From contig CAMAVZ010000007.1 of the NCBI GenBank assembly GCA_945861645.1, positions 1 to 64,000 on the forward strand: a stretch of 64,000 nt of DNA, written 5' to 3'. The stretch comes from Opitutus sp. GAS368. Its GTDB lineage: Bacteria > Verrucomicrobiota > Verrucomicrobiia > Opitutales > Opitutaceae. The position numbers were made by a program, and so were the translations under genes. Position 1 is the stretch's first letter. Every line of letters begins with the position of its first letter. Under the pieces are notes generated by a model. That model worked only from the letters and a program-made list of their open reading frames with translations, was not told the origin of the DNA and did not search any database. Shown in pieces: positions 29,401-38,900 of this stretch.

Positions 29401-30059
29401 CGAAGCCACCCACGATTGAGGGTTTATTTACCGCGCAAGGAGATTTTGTGGGCGCGGGCCTCACGCTGCCGCAACTCATGGCGCGCACGCGTGGCAGTTT
29501 CGAGCTGGCGAGCCCGCAAGGGATTTTTCGCGGCCTTCAGCGTTCAACCAACAAACTCTCGCTAAGCTCGAAGGCCGTTGAGCTCGGGGCCACGGTTTTT
29601 GGGTCAATCTTTGGGGCGCAGAAAGTAACGCACGCGGCGGAGAAAGTTGTCGGCACGGCTTATTTTATTGATCAACTCGCGCAGACTTTGGGGGAATTAA
29701 AATTCGAGCAGCTAAAGGTCCACGTGGTGCGCACCGAAAAACTCGATCTGGAACTTAAAAATTTTAGACTGCGGACCCCCGATATTAGCCTGACGGGTCA
29801 GGGTGCCGTGACCTATCAAGCTGGGCTGGCGTGGCTCGAGCAGCCGCTCAGTCTGAAGCTAACGATGGCTGGGCGGGGCAAAATCGAACAAATTTTGAGC
29901 AAGCTTAAGTTGCTCGATGGCCAGCGCGATGCCCTGGGTTATGCCACGCTGCGTGACCCGCTGACCGTGACTGGCTCCGTAGCCAAGCCAGATGCTTCCG
30001 CATTTTTTATCGGACTCGCGGCGAGCAAATTGTCCGATTTTTTTACCCCTGAGCCTTAA
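26490..30059 (+). CDS. Large AsmA-like beta-rich envelope protein
   Basis: 1189 aa; single N-terminal hydrophobic anchor, then continuous amphipathic beta-strand patterning; the C-terminus (LTGQGAV...PLTVTGSVAKPD) resembles AsmA-like C-termini. Confidence 0.6.
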   Translation: MKLFRLSLIIGGLVMLVAVSLGTLAFNPAVQRWALLRGAKNQPSLRLDVADIAVGWSKVAVRGLTFQRAGLSVKLGHLTADYSLWEVLAQRRLSIHQLTVTDLLIDARSMAARPAALTTVASPVAALGLLAQWQLPGEFILDDIVIEGQVLLPGASPVLADLKLSGGQFAPGRVGTLQLKAVLKNPSASARVGVLHAQVKVQATQGPGNYFTQISASAIANAVGDPIVEQTQLKLAAELHQSPGGEKYSFRADTLVEGVPENILALAATLPRGAIEYAGQWSLKARTAQVEPFFLGGALPDFKINGSGQFVFNPDRTALTLQGKLQTDLSRLEALHAGWRDLGAVSVTAQFDIAGAGGIVRFNQLDVRVDGAQPMLVLQAKRGAPVNIKEQHLQIGPVDLGDELDLHIMGLPIAWLRPWVPPVELTGGLITGRLAVGVDQQRLRLRMVQPLRVAALSIAQGGQPWLNQAEVSLQAEALLAAQVWTVQVSALAMQTAAGDRLQAQVTVMLPVTPAPSLTIKANYTGDWPQLLAPWLPVGRIRSAGQLEISKTGEKITIHRCDLSLTGDQGVPLGQILALQPFTVDLPARRGWVNQAQPAIADHSGASDLMRVTWGAIPIDRLPFSLAGGQFSGIAAAGGFLLGAQGNQLTLRAEAPLNFRQLTWVQAGRSRVRDLQLTAQPSVEFTGADNFKLLTGDVLIQNTAGAKIFSGQGELARTAEIGLRGSLTLALELPALLAQPLWGGSPLLSAGRVSGEIRVAGNRLEQVEARLTSNGLVAATGNDALPVANLSFRMIVQPSGQVTVQAPLLLDRAGQRSDLNLKLELQPRVGGYTVAGRVSGAQVDYADAIAVGGLVSAAALPLLAAASAPAGVVKNNADATPAWAQYNGRVTLDVKAVHWGADWAMSDLTGQLGLEPTRLVLEQLSATMGEKSKFAAQGEIKFSAGVMPYALRANFSLPDFDAGKFFSALTPTKPPTIEGLFTAQGDFVGAGLTLPQLMARTRGSFELASPQGIFRGLQRSTNKLSLSSKAVELGATVFGSIFGAQKVTHAAEKVVGTAYFIDQLAQTLGELKFEQLKVHVVRTEKLDLELKNFRLRTPDISLTGQGAVTYQAGLAWLEQPLSLKLTMAGRGKIEQILSKLKLLDGQRDALGYATLRDPLTVTGSVAKPDASAFFIGLAASKLSDFFTPEP

Positions 30060-30147
30060 TTGGCTCAGGCGGAAAAATATTACGCACGGTGTACTCGTTT
30101 CTTGCCAAGGCGCCGGCTTGGTTCAATAAATCTTGGTCGCTGTATTC

Positions 30148-30963
30148 ATGTCGTTGCATCCCTTACGTTCACGGATTCCTTCCGGCTTAAAATTGTTAGA
30201 TTGGTTTTTACGTGGGTGGACCGCACTCGTTTTTATTTTTCTCTATGTCCCGATCGCCGTGCTGGCGATTTATTCGTTTAATTCCTCAAGACTGAATATT
30301 GTCTGGGAGAACTTCACCTTGCATTGGTATGCGCGGTTGTGGGCGGATGGTCCGCTCATCCAGGCGGCAAAAAACAGTTTACTGATTGCCAGCGTGAGTA
30401 CCTTTATCTCGGTCATTTTTGGCACGGTCGGCGCGTGGCTCTTGCATCGCTACCGGTTTAGCCTCGCGCGCAGTATCCAGACTTTAGTCGCGATCCCGAT
30501 GGTCATGCCAGAAATTTTGATGGGCATCAGCTTGTTGATTCTCTTCGCGACGGCGGGGGTGAGCTTGGGCTTCACCACGGTGATCATTGGACACGTAACT
30601 TTCTGCTTCCCCTTTGTGCTGGTCGCGGTGCAAGCCCGCCTCCAGGGCTTGGACCCAGCCTTGGAAGAGGCCGCCCTCGATCTTGGCGCTACGCCCTTGC
30701 AGGCCTTCTGGTATGTCATCGTGCCGTGCCTGCGTCCCGCCATCGTTGCCGGCGCCTTGATGGCTTTTACCCTTTCGATGGACGAACTCATCGTTACTTT
30801 TTTTATTCGGAGTGCCGCAGCGACCACGCTTCCCATCCAAGTCTTCGGCCTAGCTCGCGTCGGGCTGAATCCCATGCTCAATGCGCTCTCCGCGATCTTT
30901 ATTGTCGCCACCGTGGCATTCGTGCTTTTTTCGGACTACCTGAATAAATTAAGTCGTCGGTAA
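30148..30963 (+). CDS. potC: Spermidine/putrescine ABC permease (PotC-like)
   Basis: FLYVPI...YSFNSS, EAA loop LEEAALDLGA, FTLSMDE. Start moved to ATG 30148. Confidence 0.88.
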   Translation: MSLHPLRSRIPSGLKLLDWFLRGWTALVFIFLYVPIAVLAIYSFNSSRLNIVWENFTLHWYARLWADGPLIQAAKNSLLIASVSTFISVIFGTVGAWLLHRYRFSLARSIQTLVAIPMVMPEILMGISLLILFATAGVSLGFTTVIIGHVTFCFPFVLVAVQARLQGLDPALEEAALDLGATPLQAFWYVIVPCLRPAIVAGALMAFTLSMDELIVTFFIRSAAATTLPIQVFGLARVGLNPMLNALSAIFIVATVAFVLFSDYLNKLSRR

Positions 30964-30975
30964 ATTTACCTATCT

Positions 30976-31998
30976 ATGAAAACACTGCAAACTATGCTCC
31001 TCGCGCTGACCGTACTCTGGGCCACGGTCGCTTTGCCTGCTGCCGGTGAAGTTAATCTTTTTGGCTGGTCGGAATACGTGCCGCAGGAAGTGCTTGATGG
31101 CTTCACGAAGGAAACTGGGATCAAAGTGAATTTTGAATCCTATGCTTCCAACGAAGAGATGCTCTCCAAGCTCGTGGCGGGGGGCGGCGCCTACGATGTG
31201 GTCCAGCCTTCTGATTACACCGCCGAAGTCATGGTCCGCCGCGGAATGTTGGCGCCGCTGAATTTTTCCCTGCTCCCGAATCGAAAAAACATCGTCCCCG
31301 ATTTGCTCGATCTGCCGCACGATCCCGCGGGCAAGTTCACCGTGCCTTACATGACCGGCACCGTCGGTATTGTGGTTAATACGGAGAAGGTAAAAACGCC
31401 GATCACCGGCTACCGTGATGTATTCCAACCCCAATTTAAAGACCGCCTCGTTGTGCTGAATGATAACCGCGAACTTGTGACTTGGGTGCTGTATTCACTC
31501 GGGCTTACCTCCAGTGATGTCAGCGCGGCGAGTCTGGCCAAGGTCCGACCCATCCTGGCGGCCTGGGTTAAGTTGGTGAAGGTGTTTGATTCCGACAGCC
31601 CGAAGACGGCTTTGCTGAATGGTGACGTCGATATCGGTATCGTGTGGAGCGGGGAGGCGGCCATTCTTTGGAATGAAAATAAAAAATTTAAATATGTCTT
31701 GCCGGTGGATGGTGCTCACCTGTTCGTCGATACACTGTGCATTCCGGCCCTCGCAAAAAATAAAGCGACCGCGCATCAACTGATTAATTATATCCTGCGG
31801 CCCGATGTCTCCAAGCTCATCTCGGATAAATTTCCTTACACTAATCCAAACTTAGCCGCTCGGCAGTTGTTGACCGCCGACCAACTGGCTAATCCCGCGA
31901 GCTATCCCGCGAGCGGCAAGCTCGAGACTTTTCGTGATATCGGCAAAGCCGCGGCCGAGATCGATAAATTAGTCACGGATCTTAAGAGCGCCCAGTGA
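30976..31998 (+). CDS. potD: Spermidine/putrescine ABC substrate-binding protein (PotD-like)
   Basis: Signal peptide, WSEYV...FTKETGIKV...YASNEEM, YDVVQPSDY, VPY..GTVGI, WSGEA. Confidence 0.9.
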   Translation: MKTLQTMLLALTVLWATVALPAAGEVNLFGWSEYVPQEVLDGFTKETGIKVNFESYASNEEMLSKLVAGGGAYDVVQPSDYTAEVMVRRGMLAPLNFSLLPNRKNIVPDLLDLPHDPAGKFTVPYMTGTVGIVVNTEKVKTPITGYRDVFQPQFKDRLVVLNDNRELVTWVLYSLGLTSSDVSAASLAKVRPILAAWVKLVKVFDSDSPKTALLNGDVDIGIVWSGEAAILWNENKKFKYVLPVDGAHLFVDTLCIPALAKNKATAHQLINYILRPDVSKLISDKFPYTNPNLAARQLLTADQLANPASYPASGKLETFRDIGKAAAEIDKLVTDLKSAQ

Positions 31999-32094
31999 GA
32001 TCGCCCGCCTTACTTCGCCGGCCTTGGCGGTCATTTCAGATTCGGTCGATTGGGGTAGCGGCGACTGGCCGGGGCGCCGCTGATTAAGCTGCTT

Positions 32095-32979
32095 ATGCTG
32101 GCCGCCCAAATTCCCCCTCCGCTAGCCCTCGGCGATCGTCGCCGGCCCGGCTGGCGCGCTTGGGCGCTGATCACGCCGATGGTGGCTTGGTTGCTGTTGT
32201 TTGTGATCGTGCCGACAGCAATTTTATTTGTTTATAGCTTTTGCGAGCGCGATGAGGTGGGGGGAGTAATCTTTCATTTTACTTGGGAAAATTACCAGCG
32301 CGTCCTCGACCCAGTGTATCTATTGATCTTCGCCCGGTCGGTAGGCTACGCCGGCTTGACGACGATCATCTGCGTCGTCGTGGGCTATCCGGTGGCCTAT
32401 TATATTGCTCGCGCCACGGAGGAACGGCGCAATCGGCTCTTGTTGTTGGTCATGGTTCCTTTTTGGACGAGTTTTCTGATCCGCACGTATGCGTGGATTA
32501 CTATTCTAAAACAGGAAGGATTGCTGAACGGCCTACTGCAGTCGATGCACGTGACGACTGGCCCCTTGAGTCTGCTCTACACGCCCACCGCCGTAGTGAT
32601 CGGACTCGTTTACGCTTATTTGCCCTTCATGATTTTGCCGATCTACGGTAGCGCGGAAAAGCTAGATAATGCACTCATCGAGGCGGCCTACGATCTCGGC
32701 GCTGGCCCCCTGCGAGCTTTCTCGGCGGTGATCGTGCCACTGACGATGCCGGGGATCGCGGCGGGCACGCTCCTCGTTTTCGTGCCGGCGATTGGGATGT
32801 TCGCGATCACTGACTTGATGGGAGGCGCCAAAGTCCCCATGATTGGCAACGTGATTCAAAATCAATTTCTACAAGCTCGTGATTGGCCCTTTGGCGCGGC
32901 CTTGGGGGTGGTTTTTATGCTGATGTTTGCGGTGACGTACGGAATTCTCCAAAGCCGTCATGCGCGGCTCGAATCATGA
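32095..32979 (+). CDS. potB: Spermidine/putrescine ABC permease (PotB-like)
   Basis: PFWTSFLIRTYAW, YLPFMILPIY, LIEAAYDLGA, RDWPFGAA. Confidence 0.9.
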   Translation: MLAAQIPPPLALGDRRRPGWRAWALITPMVAWLLLFVIVPTAILFVYSFCERDEVGGVIFHFTWENYQRVLDPVYLLIFARSVGYAGLTTIICVVVGYPVAYYIARATEERRNRLLLLVMVPFWTSFLIRTYAWITILKQEGLLNGLLQSMHVTTGPLSLLYTPTAVVIGLVYAYLPFMILPIYGSAEKLDNALIEAAYDLGAGPLRAFSAVIVPLTMPGIAAGTLLVFVPAIGMFAITDLMGGAKVPMIGNVIQNQFLQARDWPFGAALGVVFMLMFAVTYGILQSRHARLES

Positions 32980-34070
32980 GCGCTCCCGCAAATAGCATGA
33001 TTGAGATTCGCGGTGTGACCAAACGATTCGGCAGTTTCACGGCGGTTAATGATATTTCGCTTTCGGTGCGCGAGGGCGAATTTATCACCTTACTCGGGCC
33101 GTCCGGTTGTGGTAAAACGACGCTGCTGCGCTTGTTGGCCGGTTTTGAAACTCCTGATGCGGGCAGTATTTTGCTCGCGGGCGAGGATGTATCGCACCTG
33201 CCGCCTTATCGGCGCAGTGTGAACCAAGTTTTTCAGAGCTACGCGCTCTTTCCGCATTTAACCGTGCGCGAAAACGTGGGCTTTGGTCTGCGGATGCAAG
33301 AGGTCCCCGCCGCCGCCGCCGTCGAGCGCATTCGCGAGGCCCTGGCCACGGTTTCGCTCGAGCCGATGGCGGACCGTTTCCCGCATCAATTATCCGGCGG
33401 GCAACGGCAACGCGTCGCCTTGGCGCGCGCTATTGTGTGCCGCCCCAAGGTATTATTATTGGATGAACCGCTTTCCGCCCTCGACGCCAAATTGCGTCAC
33501 GCCATGCAGCTTGAACTCAAGCACCTTCAGCGCCGACTGGGGCTAACCTTTGTGTTCGTGACGCATGATCAGGAGGAGGCGCTCACCATGAGTGATCGAA
33601 TTGCCATTATTAATCACGGCCGGATTGAGCAGTTGGGCGATGCGAGTGAGATTTATCACAAGCCACGGACGCCCTTCGCCGCGGATTTCATCGGACAGGC
33701 TAATTTACTCAGCGTCACTGTGCTGAGCCGTCATGCGACGACGGCGCGGGTGCGCCTCGATGACGGACTGGAATTAACCGTCAGTGCCGCTGAGCTCCCC
33801 GCCGCGACTCAGACGGCCTTGATTTCTATCCGGCCGGAAAAAATTCATATTTCGAAACGCCCGATTGAAGCAGAGAATGTTTTTTCGGCCCGCATTCAGG
33901 AGGAGATTTTTCAAGGGGCGACGGATCAACTGTGGCTCGTCACCGATCAGGGCACCCGACTCCATGCACTGGTGGCCAATGAAAGCGCGATGAATGAGGC
34001 CTATCATGAAGGCGAGCGAGTTTACTGCAGCTTGCATCTCGATGATTTAGTGATTGTCCAGTCGGCGTAA
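32976..34070 (+). CDS. potA: Spermidine/putrescine ABC ATP-binding protein (PotA-like)
   Basis: GPSGCGKT, VFQSYALFPH, LSGGQRQR, LLLDEPLSALD, C-terminal TOBE-like region. Start moved to ATG 32976 (ATGA overlap). Confidence 0.9.
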   Translation: MSAPANSMIEIRGVTKRFGSFTAVNDISLSVREGEFITLLGPSGCGKTTLLRLLAGFETPDAGSILLAGEDVSHLPPYRRSVNQVFQSYALFPHLTVRENVGFGLRMQEVPAAAAVERIREALATVSLEPMADRFPHQLSGGQRQRVALARAIVCRPKVLLLDEPLSALDAKLRHAMQLELKHLQRRLGLTFVFVTHDQEEALTMSDRIAIINHGRIEQLGDASEIYHKPRTPFAADFIGQANLLSVTVLSRHATTARVRLDDGLELTVSAAELPAATQTALISIRPEKIHISKRPIEAENVFSARIQEEIFQGATDQLWLVTDQGTRLHALVANESAMNEAYHEGERVYCSLHLDDLVIVQSA

Positions 34071-34130
34071 CCTCGGGCTGAGGTGCGAGACTGCTTGTGG
34101 TTGGCCTGCGCTTCTGGCAGCCTGCGGCTC

Positions 34131-35138
34131 ATGATTTCAGCGGTGCATTTTAAGAATTTTAAAGCGCTGCGCTCGACGGCGGTTCGCTTGGAGCCCTTCA
34201 ATCTTTTGATCGGCCCCAGTGGCAGCGGCAAGACGAGCTTAATTGAGGCGCTGCTGCGCCTCCGGTACCTCGCGGGTCAAGCGACGGCCCCCGACCCAGC
34301 GAGTGCGTTAGCATTTTTAAGCGGCCCGCAGATTGAATTTCATTTTCACCCCCCATTTCAAAACGTCCGCGTAACCCTCGGCTGTCAGGCCGATGAACTT
34401 AGTTGTCATCGGCTGCGGGTAGATCATCCCCTGGGGTTAGCGGGGGCAGGGCAGTGGGCCGAGTTGCGTACCCAACTGCACGGGATTCGGGCTTACTTGC
34501 TAGATCATCAGGCGATGGGCGCGCCGGTGTTGCGCTCGGCGGGGACCGAACTGGCCGCTAACGCCAGCAACCTTGCGGCGGTTTTGGCGCAGCGAGCCCA
34601 GCAAGCTCCCGTCGCCTTCGCTCATCTGGTGGCAGATTTTTGCCGCATCATGCCCGAGTTTTCTGGACTCGATTTTCGTGGGGTGGGCGAGGGGCACGTT
34701 GAGCTGCGGGCCGCGCTTCGCGATAGTCCCGAGCACCTCAGTTGTGAAAATTTATCCCAAGGGACTCTTTATCTACTCGCCATCTTGACCCTCGCGCATG
34801 ATCCCCAGCCGCCGACCTTGTTGTGTCTCGAAGAAGCTGATCGCGGCGTGCATCCTCGCCTGCTGCGCGAAGTTCGAGACGCCCTGTATCGACTGAGCTA
34901 TCCGGTGGCAACCGAGACGACTCGACCAGTGGTGCAGGTAATCGCTACCACGCATTCACCTTATTTATTGGATTTATTCCGCGATCATCCCTCCGAAATC
35001 GTCTTGGCGCACAAACAAGGGAACGCCGCGACCTTTGAGCGCTTAAGCGAACGCCCCGATATTCTTGAATTAATGCGCGAGACTAATCTTGGTGACTTAT
35101 GGTACAGCGGGATTTTGGGCGGCATCCCTGGCGATTAA
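34131..35138 (+). CDS. Soluble ABC-fold ATPase (AAA_21/AAA_15-like)
   Basis: MISAVHFKNFK, Walker A GPSGSGKT, signature LSQG, Walker B LCLEEADRGVHP, H-loop ATTHSPYLLD, tail LGDLWYSGILGG. Start moved to ATG 34131. Confidence 0.88.
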   Translation: MISAVHFKNFKALRSTAVRLEPFNLLIGPSGSGKTSLIEALLRLRYLAGQATAPDPASALAFLSGPQIEFHFHPPFQNVRVTLGCQADELSCHRLRVDHPLGLAGAGQWAELRTQLHGIRAYLLDHQAMGAPVLRSAGTELAANASNLAAVLAQRAQQAPVAFAHLVADFCRIMPEFSGLDFRGVGEGHVELRAALRDSPEHLSCENLSQGTLYLLAILTLAHDPQPPTLLCLEEADRGVHPRLLREVRDALYRLSYPVATETTRPVVQVIATTHSPYLLDLFRDHPSEIVLAHKQGNAATFERLSERPDILELMRETNLGDLWYSGILGGIPGD

Positions 35139-35141
35139 TTT

Positions 35142-35846
35142 ATGCGAGCTCCCGAAGCTATGAAGCTTGCGCTCCTCAGTGAATCGCCGGCCGATGAGGC
35201 CGCCCTCAGCATTTTAGCGGGTTATGCCCTCGGCGCACCATTCACTCGAGTGCAACCCACCTTGCGGGCCCGAGGCTGGCCTTCGGTGGAGCAGGTGCTG
35301 CCCGCAATTTTGCGTCATCTGCATTTTAATACGGAAGCCGATGGCTTGATTGTCGTCGTCGATTCCGATGATTCGGTGGTGCACACGCCCCAGCACGAGG
35401 CGCCCGCTTATCATCACCCCGGCTGTCGCATCTGCCGGTTGCGTACAGTTTTTCGGCGGACTTTAAAGAATCTTCCCCTCAATGCAGCTCACCCGACGCC
35501 CGCCAATACCGCTCATCCGCACGTCCGGCGCGAGCGGGTATTGCGCGCCGTGGGCTTAGCGGTTCCGGCCATGGAGGCTTGGTATTTGTGTGGACGCGAC
35601 ACGTCGATCACGGAGGCGGCGTGGACGCAGGGCCAAGCGGCTGGGCGCGTGCCGTACACCCGCAGCGAATTAAAATGGCAGGTCTATGGCACCGAGCGCC
35701 CTACTTTACCTCATGAGATCAAACGCGCGGTCCAGGAAGTGACCCGGCATCAGGGGGACCTTCGCCGACTGGAGCATGATTTTCCTCAAGGCTTCGGTTC
35801 GCTCGCTCGCGACCTGCGGAGCTGGAGGGCGGAGTCAGGGCGCTGA
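35142..35846 (+). CDS. TOPRIM-like (DUF4276/RloB/AriB-type) putative nuclease partner of the ATPase
   Basis: N-terminal LALLSESPADE, LIVVVDSDD (DxD), AVPAMEAWYL; 3-bp gap from the ATPase. Alternative start at 35160. Confidence 0.6.
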   Translation: MRAPEAMKLALLSESPADEAALSILAGYALGAPFTRVQPTLRARGWPSVEQVLPAILRHLHFNTEADGLIVVVDSDDSVVHTPQHEAPAYHHPGCRICRLRTVFRRTLKNLPLNAAHPTPANTAHPHVRRERVLRAVGLAVPAMEAWYLCGRDTSITEAAWTQGQAAGRVPYTRSELKWQVYGTERPTLPHEIKRAVQEVTRHQGDLRRLEHDFPQGFGSLARDLRSWRAESGR

Positions 35847-35916
35847 AGGGCTCACGCCAAAGGATGGGCTTGCGCACTTCGGGCTCAACCGCAGAGTTTT
35901 AGTTCGTTTACCCTGC

Positions 35917-38900
35917 ATGAAATTTCCACGCGTTTCTCTAGCGGCGCTCATTGGGGCGCAGGCTCAAATCACGTTCAATGATTGTGCCGCAAAATTTATG
36001 CTCATCGCGCTCGCCCAGCAGCTGGCGCGGCAGGCGGGCACTGACCCCAAGCCACTCATCGCGCTGATCGCGGCTTTGCTGATTTCTCCTTACATTCTTT
36101 TGGGCCCGTTCTGCGGCTGGTTGGCTGATCGTTTCTCTAAGCGCACTGTCATTAATGGAGCACTCGTGTTGCAAGTCGTCGCCATGGGTCTAGTCGTCGG
36201 CGCGCTCTGGCTTAAATTATTCTGGATCGTGCTGGCGGCTTTTTTCCTCTTGTCGGTACAAACGGCGATTCTGGCGCCCGCCAAGCGCGGCATTTTGCTC
36301 GAATACGTCGGGCCTGAGAAGCTGTCCCGCTATGTCGGCTACATGGAGATGAGCGCCGTGACGGCGGTCTTGGTGGGCTCCTTTGCGGGGGGCTGGCTAT
36401 TTTCCCACTGGCTGAGCCTCGGCGCCGATCCGTGGCGGGCCGCGCTGCTGGTTAGTGTCGTGCTCTGGTTTCTCGCTGGGGTCGCGTGGGGGATTTTTCA
36501 ATTGGCCCAACCGACCCCCGCGCAAACGCAGACGCCGTTTACTTGGCGCTTGTTGGTGCAGCATTTATCACTCACGGCGGAAGTGCACGGCGATCGGCCC
36601 TTGTGGCGAGCGACGCTGGGGATTTGTTTCTTTTACGGGATCGGTGGATTCATTGGGGTATTGCTGCCGCAAGTTGCTTACGAAATGACGGCGGGCGGGG
36701 CGCGGACAGGGGCTATTTCTAGCGGAATGCTTTTGATGCTGGGGGTGGGGACGCTCGGGGGGAATTTATTTGCCGGACTTTTTTCCCGGCGTGGCGTTGA
36801 GCTCGGCTTAGCTCCACTCGGCGGGAGCTTGCTGGCCGGGGCTTTGCTCGGCTTGGGATTTACGCCGCCCGGCACGGGACTATTTACCGGCCTGCTAATT
36901 TTGGCCGGGTTTGCGAGCGGACTTTTTTTGGTGCCACTCTATGCGTTTATTCAAAATCACGCGGGCCAGCATCGCCGTGGGCGGATTTTAGCTGGGGTTA
37001 GTCTACTCGATAGTTTGGCGGGCCTCGGGGTGAGTGGACTTTATTGGCTGGTGGCGAGCGAAGCGATGCTCGGGTGGAGCGCCCCGACGCAATTTTTCGC
37101 GCTCACGGGGTGCACGCTGCTGATGGTGGCTTACGGCCTGTGGCATTTGCCGCACCAAACCGTGTGCACTATCATGCGATTGATCGGTCCGCTATTTTAT
37201 CAAGTTAAAGCAAAAGGTCGCGGACATGTTCCCGCCGCTGGCGCGCTCGTGATCTGTAATCACCTTTCTTACGTCGATGCCGTGGTGCTCCAAATTGCGT
37301 CGCCGCGTCCCCTGCGTTTTGTGGCCTTTGCCGGTTTCTCGAAAAGCCCGGCGCTGCGCTTTCTATTTCGCGCTGCGGGTATTATTCCCGTTAACGCCAA
37401 TAAGCCCATGAAGGGAATTCGGCTGGCCGCCGAGGCGGCAAAGCGCGGCGAATTGGTCTGCGTCTTTCCGGAGGGAACTATCTCGCGCACCGGTCAGTTA
37501 ATGGAGCTCAGTCGCAGCTTCGAGCGCATCGCCGAATTGGCGCAGGTGCCGGTTATCCCCGCGGTGATCGATGGACTCTGGGGCTCCATTTATTCTTTCG
37601 CGGGCAATCGCTATTTATGGAAATCGCCGCGTCTACTGCCGACCGCTGTTTGTGTGATTTTTGGGCAGCCGCTTTTGCCCGGTCAATCGGATCGAGCCCA
37701 TGCCCGCAGAGCATTACTCGATTTAGCGGAGGAGGCATTTCAGGAGCGTCCGATACTGCGGCGCCACCTCGCCCGGGAAGTGGTGCGTTCCCTCGCGCGG
37801 CGGCCACGCCATTTGGAAATTATTGATCGCACCGCTGAACGCCGCACGATGACAGCTGGTCAATTACTCGCGGTGGCCGCGGCGCTGTCGCGGCATATTG
37901 TTCGCCATATACCCGAGCAGCGGGTGGGCATTGTGCTGCCACCTGGGCTGGGCGCGCATATCACCAATCTCGCCGTGGCGTGCGCCAATAAAACGCCCGT
38001 TAATTTGAATTTTACGGCGGGTCGATCCGCGATCGAGTCCAGTCTGCGTCTTGGAGAAATTAAAACGGTGATCACCGCCGATGCCTTGCGGGTGCGCATC
38101 CCCGATTTTCCTTTCCCTGCGCATACCCTGGATCTCAAAACTGAATTGGGTGCGATGGGCGGGAAACGCGCGATTTTCCCGTGGCTGGTCGCGGCATGGC
38201 TGCTGCCCAATCAGTGGTTTGCCGATTTGCTCGGGCTCCCGCGCGAAGGTGATCGGGCTGAGGCCGCCTTGCTTTTTACCAGTGGTAGTTCCGGTGAGCC
38301 CAAAGGGGTGGTGCTAACGCACCGAAATATTCTAGCCAACTGCGCGCAAATTTCCTCGCTCTCGATTCTCCCTGACACCGCAGTTGTGCTGGGCTGTTTA
38401 CCCATTTTTCACTCGTTTGGCTTCACCGCCACTTTGTGGTACCCGCTGCTCCGAGGGTGCCGCGTGGTTACAGTGCCTAGCCCGCTCGATACGCGTAAAA
38501 TTGCGGAGTCAATCCAACAAGAAAAAGCGACCGTCTTGCTGGGGGCGCCAACTTTTATTCGGCCGTTGTTGAAAAAAGCGACCAAGGAGGAACTCCAGTC
38601 CTTGGATTTGGTGGTCACCGGCGCGGAAAAATTAACGCTCGACCTTTACGAGGGATTTTTAGCGGCCTTCGGCATTGAGATTTTGCAAGCATATGGTCTC
38701 ACCGAAACTACGCCCGCTTCTAATATCAACCAACATCACCCCGCTGCCACAACGCTTCATCCTCATCCCCAAATTGGAAAAAAAGTGGGTGCCGTCGGTC
38801 GTTTGATGCCGGGCATGACGGCGCGGATTGTCGATCCCGACACCGGTGCAGAATTGCCCATGGTTGAGACGGGGATGCTCTGGATGCGCGGCGCTAATGT

